The notes beneath the pieces were generated by a model that was not told where the DNA came from, ran no database searches, and saw only the letters and a list, made by a program, of their open reading frames with translations. Position numbers and translations under genes: made by a program. A stretch of 64,000 bases of DNA. Origin: an uncultured Verrucomicrobiae bacterium. Its GTDB lineage: Bacteria > Verrucomicrobiota > Verrucomicrobiia > Chthoniobacterales > UBA10450. Location of the stretch: contig CAWAYD010000008.1 of the NCBI GenBank assembly GCA_963786175.1, forward strand, positions 89,871 to 153,870, in the 5' to 3' direction. Shown here piece by piece: positions 39,692 through 48,546 of the stretch (its first letter is position 1; every line of letters begins with the position of its first letter).

Positions 39692-40264
39692 ATGCGATGC
39701 AGCGCCGTCTTGCTGGCCGGAGGAAAATCTTCGCGCATGGGACGCGATAAGGCGTTGCTCGAGATCCGCGGACGACCGCTCTGGCAACATCAACTCGAAA
39801 CACTACGGCAATTATCGCCTGGCCAACTGCTCCTCTCCGGTCCTTCGCGCGACGACATCGAAGGGATTGCCGATGAGGTGAAAGATGCCGGACCGCTCGC
39901 CGGGATCGCTGCCGCGCTTCGGCAAAGTTCGAGCGCATTGCTCGTGGTGCTTGCAATTGATTTACCCAACATGACGGCGGAGTTCCTGCGTTCGCTGCTT
40001 ACGCAATGCGAGGAGGACCGTGGGATTGTGCCTTCCTCGTCAGGGCGTTTCGAACCGTTGGCGGCGGTTTATCCTCTCAGCTGTGCATCGCTCGCGGCGG
40101 ACGCTTTGCGCGAGGGCGAATTTTCCATGCAAGACTTTGTGCAGCGCGCGCTCGAACAACGTTACGTGCGCGAGCGAGAGATTTGGCCTAACGACAAATG
40201 GCTTTTCCAAAATCTCAACAGACCCGAGGATTATGAAAGAGCGCGCCACGGCGAAATCGATTGA
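39692..40264 (+). CDS. mobA: molybdenum cofactor guanylyltransferase
   Basis: MRCSAVLLAGGKSSRMGRDKALLEIRGRPLW...GPLAGIAAAL...VLAIDLPNM. Confidence 0.8.
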   Translation: MRCSAVLLAGGKSSRMGRDKALLEIRGRPLWQHQLETLRQLSPGQLLLSGPSRDDIEGIADEVKDAGPLAGIAAALRQSSSALLVVLAIDLPNMTAEFLRSLLTQCEEDRGIVPSSSGRFEPLAAVYPLSCASLAADALREGEFSMQDFVQRALEQRYVREREIWPNDKWLFQNLNRPEDYERARHGEID

Positions 40265-41066
40265 GATCGTCAGGATGCACGAGCGTCAGGCTCCGGCAAG
40301 AGAGCCGGACGAAGTCGCGCTCGAGGAACCTCTCGAGATTCAAGTCGAAGGTCGCAGCATCGCCGTCCTCATGCGGACGCCTGGGCACGATCGCGAGTTG
40401 GCAGTCGGCTTTGCCCTCACCGAAAGCATCATCCGAGGCGCGGAAGACATTTTCGAAATCATCACCTGCCCAACGACCGAGCGACCTGGCAATTCGGTCA
40501 ACATCATCCTCCGTGATCCGGGGCAATTCGATCCGACAAAACTGAGCCGCAACCTGCTTAGCTCATCGAGCTGCGGGATCTGCGGGAAGAGCTCAATCGA
40601 AGCGGCGATGCAACAATTTCCCCCTGTCGTTTCCGATTGGAAAGTCAGCGCCAAGGTCCTGTCTCAGTTGCCAGCGCGCCTGGCCAGCGCTCAGGAAACA
40701 TTTCAGCGGACCGGAGGGTTGCACGCCTGCGGCTTGTTCGATCGACAAGGCGAGCTCCTTCTCTTGCGAGAAGACGTGGGTCGGCACAACGCACTCGACA
40801 AACTCATCGGGCACGAGCTTCTGGCGAACCGGTTACCATTGAGTGATCGCATCCTTTTACTGAGCGGCCGCGTCTCATTTGAGATGGTGCAGAAGGCACT
40901 CGCGGCCGGGATCACGGTGATCGCAGCAATCTCGGCTCCCACCAGTCTCGCGGTCGAGTTTGCGCAAGAGGGCAACCAGACGCTGATCGGTTTTCTGCGA
41001 AATGAAACGATGAATGTTTACGCCGGAGCGGCGCGACTGGATGAACGTGACGGGCTGATTGTTTGA
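40233..41066 (+). CDS. fdhD: formate dehydrogenase accessory sulfurtransferase FdhD
   Basis: EEPLEIQVEGRSIAVLMRTPGHDRELAVGF...SSSCGICGKSSIE...GGLHACGLF...VGRHNALDKLIG. ATG at 40233 overlaps the end of mobA. Confidence 0.85.
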   Translation: MKERATAKSIEIVRMHERQAPAREPDEVALEEPLEIQVEGRSIAVLMRTPGHDRELAVGFALTESIIRGAEDIFEIITCPTTERPGNSVNIILRDPGQFDPTKLSRNLLSSSSCGICGKSSIEAAMQQFPPVVSDWKVSAKVLSQLPARLASAQETFQRTGGLHACGLFDRQGELLLLREDVGRHNALDKLIGHELLANRLPLSDRILLLSGRVSFEMVQKALAAGITVIAAISAPTSLAVEFAQEGNQTLIGFLRNETMNVYAGAARLDERDGLIV

Positions 41067-41130
41067 AGAGATCCATTCGCCCAGTCGCTCCTTCCTTTGT
41101 TCGTTAGGCGAACTATCCCTCCGTCCTGGA

Positions 41131-42048
41131 TCAGATATGATCGCCCTGGTGGGTGGAGCGACTCTTGAAGGTCAGCTCAGCGATTCCTGACTTATCAAGG
41201 TCACCAAGACCTTCAGCGATCATCCGATCGTATTGCTCTTTGGTGGCGCGCGCGAGCGGAAGCCGCAGCCCTGCCAGCTCGGCCAGATGCAATGCAATCC
41301 CGCTGTCCTTCGCTGCGTGCGCGGCGGAAAAGAAGCAGGCGTGATCGCGGTTTTGCATGTCCTCGCCGTCGGTTTGCAGAACGCGTGAGCCGGCGCCGGT
41401 TTCGGCAAAGACTTCACGCAACATCGTCAGATCGAGTCCGAGCGCATCACCCAGTCCCAGTCCCTCCGCCAGCCCAGCGGTGTTGATATTCATTACCATG
41501 TTAACCAGGGCCTTCACCTTGGCCGCTTCGCCTGACTTTCCAATGTAGCGAATCGTCTTGCCTAACGAATTCAAAATCGGCGCAGCCTTATCGAAAGCCG
41601 ACTTCTCGCCGCCACACATGAGATAGAGCGAGCCGTCGCGTGCCTGAGTAATGCTGGAGGCCATGCAGGCTTCGAGACTTTGGGCACCGGCCTTCTGTGC
41701 CAGACTTTCGACTTCGAGATGCACTTCGGGCGTGATCGTGGCGCAGTTGATGAAGAGCTTACCCTGCGCCTGGACAAGAAGGTTGTCGTTAGGCGCGGAG
41801 AAGATTTGGCGCATGGCCGCATCGTCGGAAACGACGGTGATAACGGCATCCGCGGCGGCGGTGACTTCGCCTAACGACTGGCTGGCGAAGCTGCCCAGCT
41901 CCTGCGCTAGTTCGGTCGCGATGGCGCGATTTAGGTCATAAACCGCCGTCACATGATAGCCTTCGTCCGTCAGTCGGCGCGCCATGTTTGCGCCCATGCG
42001 GCCCACTCCAACAAATGCGATGTTCACGATCTCAAGTCCTCCCGGCAA
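41131..42048 (-). CDS. NAD(P)-dependent oxidoreductase, 3-hydroxyisobutyrate dehydrogenase family
   Basis: VNIAFVGVGRMGANMARRL (Rossmann fold) ...KALVNMVMNINTAGLAEG... Confidence 0.85.
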   Translation of the reverse strand: MPGGLEIVNIAFVGVGRMGANMARRLTDEGYHVTAVYDLNRAIATELAQELGSFASQSLGEVTAAADAVITVVSDDAAMRQIFSAPNDNLLVQAQGKLFINCATITPEVHLEVESLAQKAGAQSLEACMASSITQARDGSLYLMCGGEKSAFDKAAPILNSLGKTIRYIGKSGEAAKVKALVNMVMNINTAGLAEGLGLGDALGLDLTMLREVFAETGAGSRVLQTDGEDMQNRDHACFFSAAHAAKDSGIALHLAELAGLRLPLARATKEQYDRMIAEGLGDLDKSGIAELTFKSRSTHQGDHI

Positions 42049-42850
42049 AAAAAGGATTGTGCTTTTTCTCCTCGGCCACGGTTGTCATCGGGCCGTGTCC
42101 AGGACACAACACGGTGTCGTCCGGCAAAGTGAGAATCTTTTTCAGATTGTTTTCCACCGCCTCTTGATAGGAGACATTTCCGCCACCCATTGAGCCGGCG
42201 AAGAGCGAGTCTCCGACGATCGCGACCGGACGCTTGAGTCCCCTCACGACGAAAGTCATTCCACCGGGTGAATGTCCCCAGGTAAGACGCGATTCGATCG
42301 TGAGCCGGCCAACCGTAAAGCATTTGCCTTCTTCAATCGATTGCGCGCCGTGGACTTTTTCGCGACTCGAAAGGTAAACCGGCGCGTCGGTCGTTTCCGC
42401 CAGCCGATCAAGATCCGCGACGTGATCCGGATGCGCATGAGTGAGCAAAATCAATTTGATCGTCAGGCCATTTTCTTGCGCGAAACCGAGCATGGAAGAG
42501 CAGGTCGCGCCGCTATCAAAGGCGACGGCTTCCTTACTCGCGGGATCCCAGACGAGATAGGCATTGACCCGCACGTCGTGATACGGCGTATCGAAAAACG
42601 CGAGACCGTCGAGCTGGATTTCGTTAGGCTGAAATTTTCCTTCAGCCAGATCGATCAAAGCTTCCGAATTGAGCTGCAAGGCAGGCGCAATGCGCTGGAG
42701 CGTGAGACGATCCGGCTTACCGGCGCCAACCTTGCGAATCGCTTCTATTTCGACGCCCGACTTCTCCGCCAATTGGCTGTCGGAAATACCGAGACCACGT
42801 TGCGCCTTCCCGATGACGTCGGTGAAATTATCTTCGAGTGGAATCACCAT
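42032..42850 (-). CDS. XRE-type HTH domain fused to an MBL-fold (glyoxalase II-like) hydrolase
   Basis: N-terminal GKAQRGLGISDSQLAEKSGVEIEAIRKV (HTH). Then LILLTHAHPDHVADL...GHSPGG...CPGHGP (metallo-beta-lactamase motifs). Confidence 0.8.
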   Translation of the reverse strand: MVIPLEDNFTDVIGKAQRGLGISDSQLAEKSGVEIEAIRKVGAGKPDRLTLQRIAPALQLNSEALIDLAEGKFQPNEIQLDGLAFFDTPYHDVRVNAYLVWDPASKEAVAFDSGATCSSMLGFAQENGLTIKLILLTHAHPDHVADLDRLAETTDAPVYLSSREKVHGAQSIEEGKCFTVGRLTIESRLTWGHSPGGMTFVVRGLKRPVAIVGDSLFAGSMGGGNVSYQEAVENNLKKILTLPDDTVLCPGHGPMTTVAEEKKHNPFFAGRT

Positions 42851-42915
42851 GATTCACTTAAGAGCAACGAACGTCCGTGTCGAGACCGGCGCTCGTTTCG
42901 TAGATGGCCGGACCG

Positions 42916-43695
42916 CTAGTTCTGTGTCGATAACTTTTCTTCGCCGAAAGCAAACGCTGGCCGACTAGATTCTCGACTCCGAAACATTTTCCCAGGCTCA
43001 TCAGCAATGGAACAGGCCGGCAGCCGCTGCTCCACGAATAATTCTCGAGTCCGCGCCTGCAAAAGATCGGCCGCCGCCCCTGCTACGAGCTCAATTGGCC
43101 TAACGATTCCAGTTTCCTTTTCCATCGAGGTCATCGTGACGCCGGTAATCCCGCAGGGTGTGATGGCTTCAAAGGGCGTGAGATCGCCGCCAACGTTGAG
43201 AGCGAAGCCGTGCATCGTGATCCAATTCCGCACGCCGACGCCGATCGAAGCGATCTTGCGGTCCTCGATCCAGACACCGGTTAAGCCCTTCCGCGTGGTG
43301 GCATCGATTTCGTAGTGAGCGAGCAATTCAATAAGGACAGCTTCGATCCAGCGCAGGTAGCGATGCAGATCCTGACCGTAGCGGCGAAGGTCGAGCAGAC
43401 AATATCCAATCAACTGGCCCGGCCCGTGATAGGTGACCTGCCCACCGCGATTGGTCTCGAAGAGCGGATACTTGAGATGGCTTCCTCCCCGCAAGCTTGA
43501 GCGATCGGGGGTCCGACCGATGGTATAAACCGGCTCGTGCTCGAGGAGCCAAATCTCGTCCGCAATCTTTGGATCAGCGCGTTTTCGTCGCACGAACGCT
43601 TCCTGTTGCGCGAAGGCGTCCGCAAAGTCCATGCGGTCGCGCCAGCACACGAGCAAGGAATTGTTCCGGGTGGCGTTCTGTTGCTCGCCCTTCAC
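42916..43695 (-). CDS. lipB: lipoyl(octanoyl) transferase
   Basis: IWLLEHEPVYTIGR...RGGQVTYHGPGQLIGY...KIASIGVGVRNWITMHGFALNV. The GTG start overlaps the ruvC stop (GTGA). Confidence 0.9.
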   Translation of the reverse strand: MKGEQQNATRNNSLLVCWRDRMDFADAFAQQEAFVRRKRADPKIADEIWLLEHEPVYTIGRTPDRSSLRGGSHLKYPLFETNRGGQVTYHGPGQLIGYCLLDLRRYGQDLHRYLRWIEAVLIELLAHYEIDATTRKGLTGVWIEDRKIASIGVGVRNWITMHGFALNVGGDLTPFEAITPCGITGVTMTSMEKETGIVRPIELVAGAAADLLQARTRELFVEQRLPACSIADEPGKMFRSRESSRPAFAFGEEKLSTQN

Positions 43696-44198
43696 AAACG
43701 CGTCCCGCTCGTTAGGCCATGCTTCGCGCTTTCTTGTGCACGCAGGTGCGTGAGGCCAATCGCCAGTGCGTCGGCTGCATCGGCACCTGGCGTTTCGACC
43801 AGCCCTAACAATGCCCGCACCATGAAGGCGACCTGAGATTTATCGGCCGATCCGTGACCGACTGTCGCCTGTTTGATTCGCTTCGGAGCGTATTCGAACA
43901 CTGGAAGTCCGCGCTCGGTCGCCGCCATGATAGCCGAGCCCCGCGCGGCGCCAAGCGTGATCGCGGTCCGGTAGCTCTGGACGTAAATGACCGACTCGAG
44001 CGCGCAGCAATCGGGCTGTTGGGCTTCGATCAGTTCCGCCAGCTGATCACGGATCGCCACCAGACACGACGACATCGGCAACGATGCCGGGTTATGGATG
44101 ACGCCGTAATAGAGCGCGTGAAATTTTCCGCTTCCGTTTGTCTCCACGATGGCGACGCCGGTGTTGCGCAGGGAGGCATCGATGGCCAGAACCCGCAT
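43692..44198 (-). CDS. ruvC: crossover junction endodeoxyribonuclease RuvC
   Basis: From ATG at 44198: MRVLAIDASLRNTGVAIVE...IESVIYVQSYRTAITLGAARG.... The 88-aa upstream extension in the track ORF overlaps the divergent gene and is not RuvC-like. Confidence 0.9.
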   Translation of the reverse strand: MRVLAIDASLRNTGVAIVETNGSGKFHALYYGVIHNPASLPMSSCLVAIRDQLAELIEAQQPDCCALESVIYVQSYRTAITLGAARGSAIMAATERGLPVFEYAPKRIKQATVGHGSADKSQVAFMVRALLGLVETPGADAADALAIGLTHLRAQESAKHGLTSGTRL

Positions 44199-44313
44199 CG
44201 TTAGGCGAAAACTGGAGCCCTGACTTGCCGCTGCATGGCTCAGCTTAGGAGCGCAGCGCCTGTCTTCAAGAGCGAAGTCGACAAGGCCGCCCGGCTCGCT
44301 TTCATTCCCAATC

Positions 44314-45069
44314 GTGGCGGAAAATTCCAAGCCGCAGTGCCAGATTTGCCGGCGAACCGTTTCGCACAGCGCCGGCTCGACCGGCGAGATGCTGCGTCCT
44401 TCGCTTCTCGAATTCATCCAAAAGCGCACACCTGGATTCGATCCGCACGGTTTTATTTGCACGAGCGACCTCGGTCGCGTTCGACGCGATTATGTAAAGG
44501 AAGTGCTGCAGGAGGAGATCGGCGAGTTGAGCGCGCTCGACCAGGAAGTGATCGATAGCCTGCAAGCGCACGAGATTCTTTCCGAAAACATTGGGAAGGA
44601 GTTTGATAAAGACCTGAGTTTCGGCGAGCGGCTTTCCGATCGCATCGCGTCCTTTGGCGGGAGTTGGACCTTCATCATCATTTTCGGCGCGGTGCTCGCG
44701 ATCTGGATCGTGGTCAACGCCGCCGTCCTCGCCAGCCGGGCCTTCGATCCGTATCCGTTCATCCTCATGAATCTCATCTTGTCGTGTCTCGCAGCCATTC
44801 AGGCGCCGATCATTATGATGAGTCAAAATCGAGCGGAATCGCGGGACCGAGCGCGCGCGGAAAACGACTACAAGGTGAACCTGAAAGCGGAGCTGGAGAT
44901 CCGGCATCTGCACGAGAAGATCGATCACCTCCTGCGCAAGCAATACAACCGGCTCTTCGAGATTCAGCAGATCCAGATCGAATTGCTGGAGGAGCTGGGG
45001 CAGAAGCGGCGGAGTAGCGCGCGTTCGGCGGCCGGGCCAGAGCAGGAGGCGCCGGCTGCTTCGGCCTAA
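44314..45069 (+). CDS. DUF1003 domain-containing membrane protein
   Basis: FGERLSDRIASFGGSWTFIIIFGAVLAIWIVVN...DPYPFILMNLILSCLAAIQAPIIMMSQNR... Confidence 0.8.
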   Translation: MAENSKPQCQICRRTVSHSAGSTGEMLRPSLLEFIQKRTPGFDPHGFICTSDLGRVRRDYVKEVLQEEIGELSALDQEVIDSLQAHEILSENIGKEFDKDLSFGERLSDRIASFGGSWTFIIIFGAVLAIWIVVNAAVLASRAFDPYPFILMNLILSCLAAIQAPIIMMSQNRAESRDRARAENDYKVNLKAELEIRHLHEKIDHLLRKQYNRLFEIQQIQIELLEELGQKRRSSARSAAGPEQEAPAASA

Positions 45070-45130
45070 CGAATGAGAACACCCGCGCGATGCGGAACTG
45101 GTCCAGTACTTGTCTCCCCAATCGTTAGGC
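45064..45130. repeat. inverted pair of the GCCTAACGA word flanking a 49-nt spacer
   Basis: GCCTAACGA at 45064-45072 contains the TAA stop of the upstream gene. Its exact reverse complement TCGTTAGGC lies at 45122-45130, just before the next ATG at 45135. Confidence 0.8.
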
Positions 45131-45134
45131 TAGA

Positions 45135-45965
45135 ATGACAAACTTTATCTGCGTCACCTGCGGAACGCAGTTCGCCGAAAGGCAAACACCACCGGCGGGT
45201 TGCGCGATTTGTGAAGATGCGCGGCAATACGTGCCGACCGCGGGGCAGCGATGGACGACGCTCGAAGAGCTGCGCGGCTCGCATCGCAATTCGTGGCGAA
45301 GCTATGAGCGAGGATTGTTCGGGATTGGAACGGTGCCCGACTTCGCCATTGGACAACGCGCCCTGCTCCTTTGCACGCCAGAAGGAAATTTCCTTTGGGA
45401 CTGCGTCAGCCTGCTGGACGACGCGACGGTTGCGCTGGTGAAATCCTTAGGGGGTTTGCGCGGAATCGCCATCTCGCATCCGCATTACTACACCACGATA
45501 GTGGAATGGAGCCGCGCCTTTGGCGGCACACCGATTTATCTCCACGCCGCGGACCGCGCCTGGGTCATGCGTCCGGATGAGGCCATCCGATTTTGGGAGG
45601 GAGAAAAGCAGGAACTCGCCAGCGGCGTTGCCCTCATTCGCTGCGGCGGACATTTCCCCGGCGGCACGATCCTTTGTTGGCGCGACGGCGCGGACGGACG
45701 CGGCGCATTGCTCAGTGGAGACGTACTCGCCGTCATGCCTGACGGAATGCTCAGCTTCATGTTTAGTTATCCAAATGCCATCCCGCTTCCGGCGAGCGCG
45801 GTGGAATCGATCGGGCAAAAGCTGGAATCGCAGTCCTTCGATCGCATCTACGGCGCGTTTTGGGAGCGTGTGATCCGGGCCCGGGCACACGAAGTTGCGC
45901 GGCGTTCCGTTGCTCGCTACCTCGCCGCGATCGACTCAGCGAGCCCAGTCGCCACGCCGCCCTGA
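45135..45965 (+). CDS. MBL-fold metallo-hydrolase with N-terminal Cys-rich ribbon
   Basis: MTNFICVTCGTQFAERQTPPAGCAICED...IAISHPHYY... Confidence 0.8.
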   Translation: MTNFICVTCGTQFAERQTPPAGCAICEDARQYVPTAGQRWTTLEELRGSHRNSWRSYERGLFGIGTVPDFAIGQRALLLCTPEGNFLWDCVSLLDDATVALVKSLGGLRGIAISHPHYYTTIVEWSRAFGGTPIYLHAADRAWVMRPDEAIRFWEGEKQELASGVALIRCGGHFPGGTILCWRDGADGRGALLSGDVLAVMPDGMLSFMFSYPNAIPLPASAVESIGQKLESQSFDRIYGAFWERVIRARAHEVARRSVARYLAAIDSASPVATPP

Positions 45966-46206
45966 GCCTGTGGCGTAACTCCTTGCCTGGCGAAAAGAAT
46001 GCCGTAGACCTGCAGGCTGCGCGCGCGAAAAGCACCCGCACAACTGAGTAAGTCAAACCGCCAGATGCGGCGAAAGCGCTCGTCGTGAACCTGGATGTCG
46101 AACCGACCCGACCCATCCAATCCGGATGTCGGCGACGCGGAGAAGATTCTCGACGACTTTGCGCGCGCTGCCATAGAAACAAAATCGCAGGAAAAGGGAC
46201 GAGCCG

Positions 46207-46653
46207 ATGCCAACGAAAATCGTCGAAGCGCTGACGACCGAGGAAATTTCCCGCTGTTTCCCTGTCATGAGACAACTGCGGACACATTTCGAAGAGGAGC
46301 AGACGTTTATTACTCAGGTGGAACGGCAACGTGGCGACGGTTACCGCCTGGCCTATCTGGAAGACAACGGCGAAGTCCAGGCGGTGGCCGGTTTTCGGAT
46401 GCTCGAGTCGCTTTTCTCAGGACGGTTCTGTTATGTGGACGACCTCGTGACCGGCGAGCGAAGCCGCTCGTTAGGCTACGGAAACGCCCTGTTTGATTGG
46501 CTCGTGGCAAAGGCGCGGGCGGCGGGTTGCAGGAGACTGGAGTTGGATTCTGGCGTGCAACGATTTGAGGCACATCGATTCTATCTCCGCAAACGGATGA
46601 TCATCCCCTCGCACCACTTCTCGCTCGATCTTGATGTGGATCGAAAGGTCTGA
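46207..46653 (+). CDS. GNAT-family N-acetyltransferase
   Basis: FCYVDDLVTGERSRSLGYGNALFDWLVAKARAAGCRRLELDSGVQRFEAHRFYLRKRM. Confidence 0.85.
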   Translation: MPTKIVEALTTEEISRCFPVMRQLRTHFEEEQTFITQVERQRGDGYRLAYLEDNGEVQAVAGFRMLESLFSGRFCYVDDLVTGERSRSLGYGNALFDWLVAKARAAGCRRLELDSGVQRFEAHRFYLRKRMIIPSHHFSLDLDVDRKV

Positions 46654-46913
46654 GACCGGCCGCGCTCCGCCTCGTTCCGGGCAGCAGCGGCGACACCTTT
46701 CTCGGTGACCTCGCAGGTAATTTTGCGGATCGCGATGGCATGGCGCTGGTGGCATCCGGTCCTTTGTTGGTTACAACACAGGTGTAAAGGATTTCGTCGC
46801 CGATCGCGGCCGTTTGCGGCGTGACTGCGACCGAGATACTGAGGTCCGAGCTCGTGGCATAAGCTGCTGCCGAGATCGCGATCGCCGCCATGGCCGGGAG
46901 CAAGTTAAGAAGC

Positions 46914-48050
46914 ATGAACGCGCAACGTCACCTAACGAGTGAAGAATGCGCCGCCTGGTGGGAACGCAAGCTCAGGCCGAAAAGGCTGCTCGAGACGAGC
47001 GATCATTTGCAGGAGTGCGCGGCCTGCCGGGAGCAATTGCTCCGCGCGCGCCCGGCAAAAACCTCGAACGCCGGAGTGACCTACGAGGAGTTTGTCGCCT
47101 TAATGGAGGGAAATGTTGATCTGATGGAGCGGCGCGACCTCAGGGAGCGGCTGACCAATTCGCCCCGGGCTTCGGACGAGCTGGCTGATCTGCAGCGTTT
47201 TCGAGAGGAGATGGATCAACTAACGGCGCACGATTATTCGTTGGCGGAAGGGGCGCCCGGGAGTTCGAGCTGGATCCTGCCGGTTGCCGCCGGGATCGCG
47301 ATCGGCCTCGCATTTCTCTGGTGGAACAACACGCAATTCGGGTCTCGCGGCGTCGCTCTCCAGGATGCGGGGAAGCGGATCGTCATCAGCAACGACGGCT
47401 CTGTGCTCGCGCTTGGGTCGTTGCCAGAGAATTTGCGTCACGCGCTGCAGGAAGCGATTTCGTTAGGCCAGGTTTCCATTTCTCCCGCCGTGGCCGAGCT
47501 GACGGGGACGGGGGAGACGCTGGCCGGCGCGCAGGAGGCTGCAAAAGGCTTCCGCGTGCTTGGTCCCATAGGAACGCTGGTCGAAACGCCGCAACCGACC
47601 TTGCGTTGGAGTCAGGCGGAGGGAGCGACCGGTTACAGGGTGAATCTCGTCTCAAAAAAAGGCGGCGCAGTCGCGACCAGTCCTTTGCTTGGCGGGCGGA
47701 CCCGGGAATGGAAACCGGAGCGATCGCTTCAGCCTGATGAGACGTACGAATGGGAAGTGGAAGCGCTTCGTGGTGGAGAGATGATCGCCAAAGCTCCCGC
47801 TCCGCCGGAACCGGAAGCGCGCTTCGCCGTTTTGCCTAACGACAAGCGACAGGAGCTGGAAAAACTGCGGGCCAAGTTCGGTCGCTCCCATCTCATCATG
47901 GGTCTGGCCTATGCACGAACCGGATTGCCCGCGCAGGCAGAGAGCGAATTCGAACAACTGGCGAAGGATAATCCACAGAGCGAGCTGGCGAAGAAGCTGC
48001 GCGCCAGCCTGACGAATGTGCATCCCAAGGCGGACGCTAGCGGCCGATAA
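46914..48050 (+). CDS. putative anti-sigma factor (zf-HC2-like N-terminus, one transmembrane helix, extracytoplasmic domain)
   Basis: SDHLQECAACREQL (Hx3Cx2C). Transmembrane helix WILPVAAGIAIGLAFLWW. No sigma factor gene is adjacent. Confidence 0.55.
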   Translation: MNAQRHLTSEECAAWWERKLRPKRLLETSDHLQECAACREQLLRARPAKTSNAGVTYEEFVALMEGNVDLMERRDLRERLTNSPRASDELADLQRFREEMDQLTAHDYSLAEGAPGSSSWILPVAAGIAIGLAFLWWNNTQFGSRGVALQDAGKRIVISNDGSVLALGSLPENLRHALQEAISLGQVSISPAVAELTGTGETLAGAQEAAKGFRVLGPIGTLVETPQPTLRWSQAEGATGYRVNLVSKKGGAVATSPLLGGRTREWKPERSLQPDETYEWEVEALRGGEMIAKAPAPPEPEARFAVLPNDKRQELEKLRAKFGRSHLIMGLAYARTGLPAQAESEFEQLAKDNPQSELAKKLRASLTNVHPKADASGR

Positions 48051-48102
48051 GTACGAATGGCGGCCAGGCAGGAGACTGGGGAAACAAATTTGCGATCTAA
48101 AA

Positions 48103-48525
48103 TCACGGCGATCCGATGACAGTGATGATCACTTCGCGGCGATGCGATGCGCGCCGATGCTCGAAGAGAAAGATTCCCTGCCATGTGCCCAGCTGCATCC
48201 GGCCTTTCACGATCGGAATGACTTCACTCGAACGCGTGAGAACAGAACGAATGTGTGACGTGCTGTCGTCGCTGCCCTCGAGAGTATGCTCGAAGTACGG
48301 AGTGTCTTCCGGAACGAGATGCTCGAAGAATTGCTCGAGGTCACGCCGCGCAGTTGGGTCGGCGTTTTCCATAATGATGAGGCTGCAGCTCGTGTGCCTA
48401 ACGAATACGGTGACGGTCCCGACTTTGAGGCTGCTTTCAGCCACCGCGGTTGCGATCCGATCGGTGATTTCGTAGGTGCCTTTGCCATGGGTGGAAATGG
48501 CGAAGGTGGCGGAGTGAACTTGCAT
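48103..48525 (-). CDS. yjbQ: YjbQ/UPF0047 family (secondary thiamine-phosphate synthase) protein
   Basis: ...TVFVRHTSCSLIIMENADPTARRDLEQFF...HIRSVLTRSSEVIPIVKGRMQLGTWQGIFLFEHR. Confidence 0.85.
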   Translation of the reverse strand: MQVHSATFAISTHGKGTYEITDRIATAVAESSLKVGTVTVFVRHTSCSLIIMENADPTARRDLEQFFEHLVPEDTPYFEHTLEGSDDSTSHIRSVLTRSSEVIPIVKGRMQLGTWQGIFLFEHRRASHRREVIITVIGSP

Positions 48526-48546
48526 GCCGGCGGGATGAAGCCAGCC

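Noticed and set aside
46601-46915. ORF with a signal peptide and a DUF11-like start (LSISVAVTPQTAAIGDEILYTCVVTNKGPDAT) on the minus strand.
   Set aside because: Only about 55 aa look domain-like before the sequence degenerates. It overlaps both the GNAT gene's end and the anti-sigma-like gene's start. At best it is a gene fragment.
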